NCBI RefSeq assembly: GCF_006345805.1
Contig: NC_042998.1
Span: forward strand, 150,288,001 to 150,352,000
Direction of reading: 5' to 3'
Origin: Octopus sinensis
Lineage: Eukaryota
Length of the DNA stretch: 64,000 nucleotides
The first letter of the stretch is position 1, and the number at the start of each line of letters is the position of its first letter. Below the pieces are notes generated by a model that saw nothing but the letters and a program-made list of their open reading frames with translations, did not search any database and was not told the DNA's origin. Below are positions 54,012 to 64,000 of the stretch, piece by piece. The position numbers were made by a program, and so were the translations under genes.

Positions 54012-54056
<45 letters not shown>

Positions 54057-54118
54057 CGTGAATGTGTGAATGTGTGGATGTGTGTGTGAATGTGTATGTA
54101 TATATGTATGTACGTATA

Positions 54119-54151
<33 letters not shown>

Positions 54152-54170
54152 TATGTATATGTGTGTGTAG

Positions 54171-54202
<32 letters not shown>

Positions 54203-54472
54203 GTATATATATCTATGTCAATACAAGCATACACAGCCATACATTCACGAACACCCACACACACTAACACACACAGCATTGGTGATTTGCGTGATAAACT
54301 GGGATAGGTAGGCACGTCACCAGTCCCTCCCTCCCTCACACCTCTCACTCCCACTTCTACTTCTGTCACGAACACTGCAGACGTCTGTTCTGTTATTCTA
54401 AGTAATCTGTATTGGAAATTCGGTTTACACCGACGTACATATATACATGCATAAATACATACATACATACTT

Positions 54473-54548
<76 letters not shown>

Positions 54549-54566
54549 TGTAAATATATATGCATT

Positions 54567-54614
<48 letters not shown>

Positions 54615-54653
54615 CCATGTGTGCGTGTGTATGTATATAAACATATATATATA

Positions 54654-54695
<42 letters not shown>

Positions 54696-54890
54696 ATAAT
54701 AGTACTTAAGTAGGTAGTCATGTGCTCATGTGGGTTGACCGAGAGTGCGTATACGTGCCACTGTCTGTGTGATTTTTGTATGCTTGCCTTATGCTTGTGT
54801 GTGTGTGAGAGAGAGAGCGTATGTGTGTTTTTGTTTGTGTATGTTACATATTTTATACATACGCAAATTATACGTATGCATGCATATATA

Positions 54891-54975
<85 letters not shown>

Positions 54976-55205
54976 ATGCATATATATATATATATACATA
55001 TGCACACACACATATATAGAAATATATATATATATGTATATACCAATATATATATATATATATACATATATATACATAGATATATATTTAGATATAATAT
55101 ATATATATACGCTTATATAATCGTGTTAGTCATGTGCTTATGTAGGTTGGTCCCATTGTGTATACATACGTGAGTCTGTAGGTGTGCTATCAGTAGTGTG
55201 TCTCA

Positions 55206-55242
<37 letters not shown>

Positions 55243-56228
55243 TGTGTGTGTCTGGATGCGTGTGTGTGTATGTGCGTGTATGTGTGTATGTAGTTTATGT
55301 TGATGTGTGTATGATTTTCATAGCATATTCCGACTGTGATTTATTTTTTTACTGTTTCAGGTTTTTGTTATTATTGCCCTTCCGGTTCGTTGTCACTGTT
55401 GTTGCTCCTCCCGTTTATTTATTTATTTATTTATTTACGTTAGTTGTGGTTCTTGTTTTGTTCACGTGGTTCCTAGTCTTGCTATTCTTGTCTTTATTAC
55501 AACACGGCATACTTGTTTCTTTTCTTCTTATCGTTGTTACTTTTGTGAGTGTGTGTGTGTGTGTTGTATTTTTAGTTATATTTTGTTATTCTTATTGTCG
55601 TCGTTTGGTTATCTGTTAACACCACGCCAAACTGGAAGGGTTATTGAGTTATACACACAATATAGTTATGTCTGACATTGTTTAGTCACTTAGACCGTGT
55701 GTCGTCGGAAAGGTTTAATCGAGGTCGATTTCGATTCTTCCGTGATAGGGGTGGAGGGAAACAAAATACATATAAGAATTTTGAAACTTCCAGAACTGGT
55801 AAATCTTGAAGCGAATAAAGTTGTAATTAATTGCCGTGTTATTATTGGATTAAAGTCCTTTGGAACTCGAACTCACGTCTCTAAATACGACAGGCGTGCT
55901 GCCATTGGTCCAAAGAAATAATTCAAATTTCTTTACCCATTTTAGAAGTGAGAAATTCAAAGTTTAAAGTAGTGACTTTGTGTCCCACGCACAACCTTGA
56001 AATTTTTGTATCCAAAGAGGTTTTAACCCAATATTAACACACTATTATTTGTAGTTTTATTTACATCGAGATTCATCTTTCCTAAAAGGGTTATATATAT
56101 ATATATATAAAATAGTAAAAAGTGAAAAAACTACAGAAGGTTTGTTTTAAAAGGTTAAAAAATATATATTTGAGTCATTATGTCTGAAGAATGTTATAAA
56201 TTTTTTTCATACAATGACATAGTTTTTG

Positions 56229-56268
56229 AAGAAATGACCGGTTTCGCGTTCAGCTTTTCAAATTTCTT
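56229..56268 (-). ncRNA. Minimal type I hammerhead with U3:A8 core (inverted copy)
   Basis: Exact reverse complement of 57927-57966. Confidence 0.8.
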
Positions 56269-56683
56269 ACATCGTTATGTTTACGTTGAATAGTGTGAAG
56301 GAGAGTTCCAGATAAGGGGAGGTAATAAGTGATTTCTTCCGGTGTAAGGGAGATAATCGCTTAATATTTCTTGCCGTTTTTTTGGAGTGAGTTTCTCTGT
56401 ATAAGAATGTTGGAATGGTTAAGTTTGGGCTTGTATTTTTCAATGAAGAATGTTTCCTTGTTTAGTCTAATTTGTGTTGGTGTTCCGATAGCACATTGGT
56501 AAAATGGAAAGATTCAAAACTGTGGTAGTAGTCGCTTTGCGCATTTCTCAATGTGCTCACTAAAAGTTATCATTCTATATTCTGGGAATGCAATCTGTTG
56601 TCGATGCAGTGTGCATCTACGTCTGAGTGATAGTCCCGTGGACCCCACGTAGTCTTGGTGGCAGCCCGAGCATTTTATGACAT

Positions 56684-57790
56684 TTTATCAATCTTTGGAA
56701 ACCCCCTCTCTCAATACATAAAAGAGAATTGGAAACGATTCCTGGACGATTGTTTTATACTCTGGAATGAAAACACAGATAAACTCCTAAAATTCAAAAA
56801 CCTGTTGAACAGCATAAGCCCAAATATACAGTTCACAATGGAACACAACAAGAAGGAGCTCCCATTCTTGGATATACTAATTAAAAAAATTAACCTTAAA
56901 ATAGAAACAGACATTTTTTACAAAGCCAAAGACGCCAAACAATACCTACTTTTTGATTCATGCCACCCAAGACACACTAAAACAAACATCCCCTTCTACC
57001 TTGCAAGAAGGATATGCACAATAGTGTCAGAACAAAATACCAGGAACTTTAGACTGCAAGAACTCAAAAACACCCTAATTGACAGACATTACCCAGCTCA
57101 ACTCATAGAGGATGGGATCAGACGTGCAACAAAAATCAACTTTGAGAAAAGTTCAACACAACACACCTTCCCCCGAAAATACTACCTTACATATCTACAT
57201 ACAACCCCAGAAACAAAGAAGCTTTCACCATCATCACCCAGAATTTACCAATACTTCATAAGGACCCCAAATTAAAGGAAATTCTAAACACACACCAAAT
57301 CATTAAAAGCTACAAACAACCTAAATCACTTAAAAAGATTCTCACAAAAGCAAAATTGTTTTCTGAAATTACGGATGCAAAAGTAAAAAAATGTGGTAGA
57401 CCGAACTGTGCAACATGTCCAAACCTGCTAGAAGGATCAGAATTCCTCTTCAAAGAGGGACAGAAATTCAAGATCAAATCTAATTTTACTTGTGCCTATG
57501 AAAACATAATTTATGTCATAAAATGCTCGGGCTGCCACCAAGACTACGTGGGGTCCACGGGACTATCACTCAGACATAGATGCACACTGCATTGACAACA
57601 GATTGCATTCCCAGAATACAGAATGATACCCTTTAGTGAGCACATTGAGAAATGCGCAAAGCAACTACTACCCCAATTTTGAATCTTTCCATTTTACCAA
57701 TGTGCTATCGGAACACCAACACAAATTAGACTAAACAAGGAAACATTCTTCACTGAAAACTACAAACCCAAACTTAACCATTCCAACATT
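56684..57790 (+). pseudogene. PLE reverse transcriptase C-terminus plus GIY-YIG endonuclease (frameshift near 57150-57180, stop at 57593-57595)
   Basis: ORF track 56655-57275 and 57356-57595. The first ~10 residues of the called ORF come from the inverted arm and are artefactual. Confidence 0.88.
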
Positions 57791-57926
57791 CTTATACAGA
57801 GAAACTCACTCCAAAAAAAGGCAGGAAATATTAAGCGATTATCTCCCTTACACCGGAAGAAATCACTTATTACCTCCCCTTATCTGGAACTCTCCTTCAC
57901 ACTATTCAACGTAAACATAACGATGT

Positions 57927-57966
57927 AAGAAATTTGAAAAGCTGAACGCGAAACCGGTCATTTCTT
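57927..57966 (+). ncRNA. Minimal type I hammerhead with U3:A8 core in the PLE 3' pseudo-LTR
   Basis: AAGAAAU-UUGAAAA-GC-UGAAC-GC-GAAAC-CG-GUC-AUUUCUU. Stem I is a perfect 7 bp, the triplet is GUC, and stem III is the palindrome ACCGGU. Confidence 0.8.
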
Positions 57967-58129
57967 CAAAAACTATGTCATTGTATAAAAAAGATTTATC
58001 ACATTCTTCAGACATAATGACTCAAATATATATTTTTTAATCTTTTAAAACAAGCCTTCTGTAGTTTTTTCACTTTTTACAATTTTATATATATTCAACC
58101 ACGTGCTTTCACACACCAACTTTCTCACC

Positions 58130-58165
<36 letters not shown>

Positions 58166-58784
58166 CATACCTATATATATATATATATATATATATACAT
58201 ACATGGGCATATGGGTACAGGACGTCAAAAAAACGTGTACAAAATGAAAAACGTGAACAAAATGAAAAACGAGAACAAAAAGCAAAAATGTGGAAAATGG
58301 ACTTTTTTCCGACCAACGAAAGAAACAAGTAGAGGAACGAGACAGGTAACATAAAGGACAATCCCTTCATCAGTTGTCCCCTGTTTTATCTACTTTGCGT
58401 TCCGAATGTTGGGACACGACGCGACTTCGTTAAAACAGTCCTTTACGCAAAAGCAAATTAAATAAAATTTGGGATTTTTGCGAAGGGTTAATGTGGTAAC
58501 AAAAACAGAACAGTAAGAATAAAACGGTAAAAACAAACGGTGAGGGCTGTTAAGCCGTAATGAGGTAAAGTGGTGAACGCTGGAGAAAGGAGTTATGACA
58601 GGAGACAAGCAAAAGTAGATCTTATTTCTTGTAAAGCAAGAGGAAGAAAGAACGAGAGCCGCTGGTCACGTATGAGCAACAAGAGAGTCAAGGAGGAAAA
58701 GTGAGGGAGAGAGAGGCAGAGAAAGAGCATGATGGAGGGGAGGAAAAGAAAACAATAAGAAAGAAGAAGAATAGCGGAATAAAT

Positions 58785-58940
58785 GGAGGCGCAGGAGTGG
58801 CTGTGTGGTAAGCAGCTTGCTCACATGGCTCCGGGTCCAGTCCCACTGCGTGATACCTTGGGCAAGTGTCTTCTACTATAGCCTCGGGCCGATCAAAGCC
58901 TTGAGTGAATTTGGTAGACGGAAACTAAAAGAATCCCGTC

Positions 58941-59012
<72 letters not shown>

Positions 59013-59100
59013 CTGTGTTTGCCCCCCTCCCCCGCCATCGCTGGACAAGCAATGTTTATGTGTTTACGTCCACGTGACTTAGCGGTTCGGCAAAATAGAA
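58785..59100 (+). mobile_element. tRNA-derived SINE resembling octopus OR-type SINEs
   Basis: GGAGGCGCAGGAGTGGCTGTGTGGTAAG head, GGTCCAGTCCC B-box-like motif, CCTTGGGCAAGTGTCTTCTACTATAGCCTCGGGCCGA body and internal (TG)n. Confidence 0.8.
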
Positions 59101-59322
59101 GAACATAATAAGTTAATTCCATGTTATTTGAGCTCATTACCTACAAGTTCAATTACCACGGAGAAATTGAAGAATCACTGCGCGATTGTATGGCCCTACG
59201 CTATGATAATTCTGCCAATCTTCTACTCTTGTTCTCGGTTCGTGAAAGGGTTTTTTTTTTATCTCGATCCTGTGTACCGTTGCTGTGATCCATGTATCTT
59301 AATTTACGTTTAACATTAATGC

Positions 59323-59367
<45 letters not shown>

Positions 59368-59431
59368 ATCTATCTATCTATCTATCTGTCTATCTGTCAA
59401 TATATATATATATATCTATATGTCTATCTAT

Positions 59432-59481
<50 letters not shown>

Positions 59482-60148
59482 GAGTCACATTTTATTATAA
59501 GCCTCAGCAATTCCTCACCAAGGGCCGTGTTTTCATAATTTTTCATACGTTATAAAATATTCCAATGATTTCTTCTTCTGTATTCTAGTATTATGTTGCA
59601 GTTGTGGGTTTTGATGCTCCAGATGGAGAAGCAATCTAGCCATGACCATTCCGTCTTTTATTCAAGCACAAAAACTCTGGCTGCATTTATCTCCTATACT
59701 GTTTGTTTAAAGATATTCATGGTGTGAGGAGGAATTACTTGCTATATCTAGCAATTCCAGCGAAGTGGACAAGGACCACTCGTAATTTACTCATCTGGTA
59801 ATAACAAATTAAGGAGGGTGTGGTGTGATTCGCCAGAATTTGCCAGCACTTTCCTGTCTCTTATTTATTTAATTAATTTCTGTTCTGATTTTTTTCAACT
59901 TTAATTTATTGAAATTCTCATTAATTGCGGAAAGAACTTGTGTTGTTGTAGCTTTTCTTCTTCTTGTGTTAATTATTCAATTATTCTTATTAAGACAGTG
60001 TTTTAAGAGTAACCATCTATTTAAAATAATAAAAATTTATCAAATGAAATTATGACATGAGCATATGCGTATGTGTGTTGGTATACGTACATATATGTGC
60101 GTGTTTTTAATGTTTGTATACATGAATGTGTTTTTTGTATGATGTCTG

Positions 60149-60201
<53 letters not shown>

Positions 60202-61264
60202 AAAATGCATACTTATGTGTGTATATATATATATATATATATGTATGTATATATAATGCATGCATACATTACATGCATACATACGTAAATTAAATACAAT
60301 GAACAATAAAAAGGACAACATCAGAGGAAAAAATTTTGATAAATAAAGAACTAGTTTAATGCTTTGTTAAAAAGATAATGACAACGTTTCGGATATTAGT
60401 CCTTCATCAAGAGAAAGAAAGAGAGGAGCTGACAGGGAGTAAGAAAGAGAAATAGTAAAAAAAATTAAGAGCAATGGGCCAGAAACTCGATGTGAATGCT
60501 CTTCTATGGGGGCGTGAAAAAATGAGAGAAAGCTGAAAGTATAAATGTAACTGTATGAGTTTATTTATGTCTGGAAAGGGTATAGGGGGTGTATGTTAGC
60601 TTACTGTATGTGTGTGGATGTTAGTTTGCTGTATGTATGTGTATAGAGATTTGCAAGTGTAGAAGTACAGTAGCTTTGGTTATCGAATGTGGGTTTTGTG
60701 CGTAACCTCTAGGTAGGTGATCTCAAAACGTGTATGTCAGAAGGTAAAATCCGGCGCAACTATGAAGAAATAAAGCACGTTGGACGGCAAAAACAATTAC
60801 GCTATTATTGGTGTGTTCAAGTGTCTAATAATAAAACGTATGGGTGTGAAAATGTTTCTTTTCAACTAAGAGGAAAGATTTAAAAGATAATTTGGAAAAG
60901 AGACATAATGTCTAAAATCTCTGAAAAGAGCAAAATTTAAAGATATTGGTAAAAATTACTGAATAATAGTAAACAGTCCAGGGAGTTTGTTAGAAGTGTC
61001 TATCAGCAATAATTTTTTTATACTTCTACGATACACAAAATATTTTAACAATTTTTTTAGTTCCTAATAATATCGAATAATACTAATATACGGTTCTATA
61101 TTTAAGAGATGGGGAATTTTTTTTTGTCTATGGTACTTTTTGCTTCTTATTTTACTCCGGTGGACCCTCATAACAAATTTTTATTTAAAAAATCCTATTA
61201 TGTTAGCATTCTTATTTACATTATTTATATTTGACGGATATTTGACCTCGTCTTGTTTGTTGTT

Positions 61265-61310
61265 AACACAACGTTTCGGCTGATATACCTTCCAGCCTTC
61301 ATCAGGTGTC
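61265..61310 (-). ncRNA. Minimal type I hammerhead, obligate-dimer type
   Basis: Minus strand: GACAC-CUGAUGA-A-GGCUG-GAAGGUAUAU-CAGCC-GAAAC-GUU-GUGUU. Stem III has no loop (ACGU palindrome). Confidence 0.7.
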
Positions 61311-61380
61311 CTGAAGAAATTTCGAACTTGGCTTCTCATTCCTAAGGTATTTTTCGATGTTGTTATTATTATTATTATTA

Positions 61381-61445
<65 letters not shown>

Positions 61446-61454
<9 letters not shown>

Positions 61455-61522
61455 TCACTACCTGGAATCGAACTCGGAATCTTGGGGTTAGTAGCCCGCG
61501 CTCTTAACCATTACGCCATATG
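61446..61522 (-). pseudogene. tRNA-like sequence (SINE head)
   Basis: Minus strand: CATATGGCGTAATGGTTAAGAGCGCGGGCTACTAACCCCAAGATTCCGAGTTCGATTCCAGG. A and B boxes are present but the acceptor stem does not close. Confidence 0.7.
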
Positions 61523-61991
61523 ACCGTTAATAAACAAACAAGATGAGACAAATATCCGTCAAATGTAAATAATGTAAATAATGTACATAATTCCTCATCT
61601 CTTTAATATAGAACCGTATATTAGTATTATTCGATATTATTAGGAACTTAAAAAATTGTTAAAATATTTTGTGTATCGTAGAAGTATAAAAAATGTATTG
61701 CTGATAAATTTTAACAGAAAATCTTATATCGACTCCCAAGTGTCAGATGGACCCCGGTTGAGAACCATTGGTCTAGAAGATGTTAAGAAAGTTGCTAACT
61801 CTACGAAGGAGATAACTGCGGTGAAGGAGCTGATAAAATTCACAGTGAATTGAAGAGTGAGCAGCGGTCAAAGCTGTTGACCAAAACAAGATGTCGAAAT
61901 ATTGAAGTAGGTGTGTATAAGTGGATGTGTGAAGAGTAGTTATGTATGGGCGTATGAGTGTGTGTGCGTCCACGTACCGGTGTGTCTGTGC

Positions 61992-62022
<31 letters not shown>

Positions 62023-62504
62023 AGTTTGTATGTGCGCGTGTGTGTGTGTGTGAGTGTGTGACTCATCTTTGTCTGTCTGTGTGCGTGTAAGTATGTATGT
62101 GTGTGTATATAATATGTATGTATATGAGTGCATAAGAGAAGTATGTATGTATGTGGGTGCCAATGTGAAATCTAGACTTATTCTATCCAGTGATTGAAAT
62201 CCAAATCTACTCGACATTTCCTGTTCTTTCTGTTTTCCTTGCTTTTGTATCTCTTAAAAATACTTGTAAAATATGCAACGTACATTGCTGGTTGCTTTTG
62301 GATGACATTTAAGTGTTTCTAAAAAATCAACCTTGAGTTTTGTTAAACATGAACGGTTCATAAAGTGTTGTGTAACCAGGAGGTGCGTGTATAACACTAA
62401 GCACAACATTTTTACTGGGCATATTCGATTTAATGTTACACTTAATTCATTAAGCATAATTACACATACATACATACATACATACATACTACATACATAC
62501 ATAC

Positions 62505-62649
<145 letters not shown>

Positions 62650-62839
62650 AACACACCTATATATATAAATATTATCTTAAATATTTCATTTATATGAAAA
62701 TAGTTTAATACATTTGCTGCTTTCCTACATATTATATTGTCTCGAAACTCCAGTTTGGCCAAAAGCATAACGAATCATTGCTTTCCTTATAAGTTTCTTT
62801 CCATTCGTATTTGCATATTTTACTGCTTAAATCTATCCG

Positions 62840-62873
<34 letters not shown>

Positions 62874-63268
62874 CACACACACACACACTTCTTTTACAAA
62901 CTTTCAGATAAATTATTTTATAGTAAATGTCTTTTTCTGCTTCGAGGGGCACTTTATGTATCACACTTTTACCTTTATAGGATAAACTCTTTTTCTTTTT
63001 TCTTTCGCTTAAATTAATTTTATTTTACAAATAATATATATTTTTGACATATTTTGTATAATGCTTGAAGTAACACAAATGACTTACTTCGAAATTCAGT
63101 CTGTTCTCATGACTTTTTATATTAATTTATTTCTCTGTACCATCATTAGAGGTTCGTTTCGATATTGTAATATTCCAATGAACGCATCTTACCTGAATTG
63201 CTAAATTTCTATGTATGGTTGCTAGAAGCGACGTTTACTAAACTCAGTTACAACCATATATAGTAATA

Positions 63269-63338
<70 letters not shown>

Positions 63339-63351
63339 TGCTTGAGTATAA

Positions 63352-63448
<97 letters not shown>

Positions 63449-63565
63449 CAACAATCAGGCGCAATGTGATACCATAAATGAAAAATTCAATCGTCACTAA
63501 GTGTCACATGCCGACGAACCTACAATACTAGAAATAAGAGTTAAAATACGCTAAATAGGATATCT

Positions 63566-64000
63566 GACTCACTAGAAAGAGCAGTTAAACTCCAAGCCGC
63601 TAATTGTTGTAATTCCGAAAGTGATTGAAAAATAAAAACTTTTACCTTTTAATTAATTACATTTTAATTAATGATAAAATGTTTTGACTGATTCTGGAAG
63701 AAAATCGTCAATTTATTTATTTACCGCCGATGGAGTTCCGCATTTGCGCAGTAGATTCGAAAACTTAGAGCGTATAGACACGTGGCAGATTATTTATAGC
63801 TCCGTGCCTATGTGTTCAGTCCTGGCGACCTACTGAAGACGCAGCGCCAGATATGGATTGAAATTATTTTATTTCAATCTATATTTGAGTCTGCAGAAAC
63901 CTTGCAGGGTCTAGGATTAAGGTAAAAGTTTTTATTTTCAATCACTTTCGGAATTACAATAATTAGTGGCTTGGAGTTTACCTACTCTTTCTAGTGAGTC
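63566..64000. mobile_element. pLTR-like element with inverted arms (63566-63647 / 63920-64000), running off the window
   Basis: Arms are reverse complements with a few substitutions and enclose an HHR. Confidence 0.65.
63829..63915 (+). ncRNA. Type I hammerhead with long stem II
   Basis: CCUA-CUGAAGA-CGCAG...GAUUGAAAU/AUUUCAAUC...CUGCA-GAAAC-CU-UGCA-GG-GUC-UAGG. There is a C.A mismatch at 10.1/11.1. Confidence 0.7.

Larger units (their letters stand above)
56103..58092 (+). mobile_element. 5'-truncated Penelope-like element with inverted 3' duplication at its 5' end
   Basis: 56103-56683 is the reverse complement of 57513-58092 with scattered substitutions. The plus strand encodes an RT C-terminus (WKRFLDDCFILW, LPFLDILI, DIFYKAKD) and a GIY-YIG domain (IIYVIKCSGCHQDYVGST). 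Confidence 0.92.
61001..61706 (-). mobile_element. Composite element: tRNA-like head, (AAT)n, hammerhead, within inverted arms
   Basis: Arms 61001-61118/61589-61706 and 61213-61262/61528-61580, tRNA-like segment 61446-61522 (-), and HHR 61265-61310 (-). Confidence 0.7.

Noticed and set aside
58290-58372. CUGAUGAAGGG with distant GAAA...GUC (minus strand)
   Set aside because: Stems I and II could not be paired convincingly.
60380-60412. UUGAUGA-A-GGA...UCC-GAAACGUU motif (minus strand)
   Set aside because: Stem II and GAAAC are present but there is no stem I, and U3:G8 is uncompensated; at most a decayed relic.

Overview
AT-rich, microsatellite-dense, non-coding animal DNA. The repeat families resemble those of octopus; this is an inference from recognition, not a search. 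I found no host protein-coding exon, and most called ORFs are translations of (TA)n, (CA)n, (GATA)n or trinucleotide repeats. The window is made of decayed mobile elements: a ~14 kb co-oriented cluster of R4/Dong-like RLE retrotransposons separated mostly by (AAT)n tracts (25.7-39.4 kb), Tx1/L1-like and L2/CR1-like LINE fragments, Helitron pieces, a Tc1 fragment, an internally deleted mariner, tRNA-derived SINEs, a 5S rRNA pseudogene, and one Penelope-like element (PLE; RT plus GIY-YIG). The main signal not explained by ORFs is a set of type I hammerhead ribozyme (HHR) motifs found by eye at about 11 loci from unrelated repeat families. They usually sit inside inverted-duplication structures typical of PLE pseudo-LTRs. 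Their catalytic cores include canonical C3:G8, compensated U3:A8 (two families), compensated G3:C8, and a recurrent U4C variant. Other notable features are a perfect 447-bp palindrome carrying two HHRs, a tRNA-like head followed by an HHR, and a 489-bp identical tract shared by two otherwise diverged dead retroelement copies. All folding and alignment was done by hand, and no ribozyme activity is shown.
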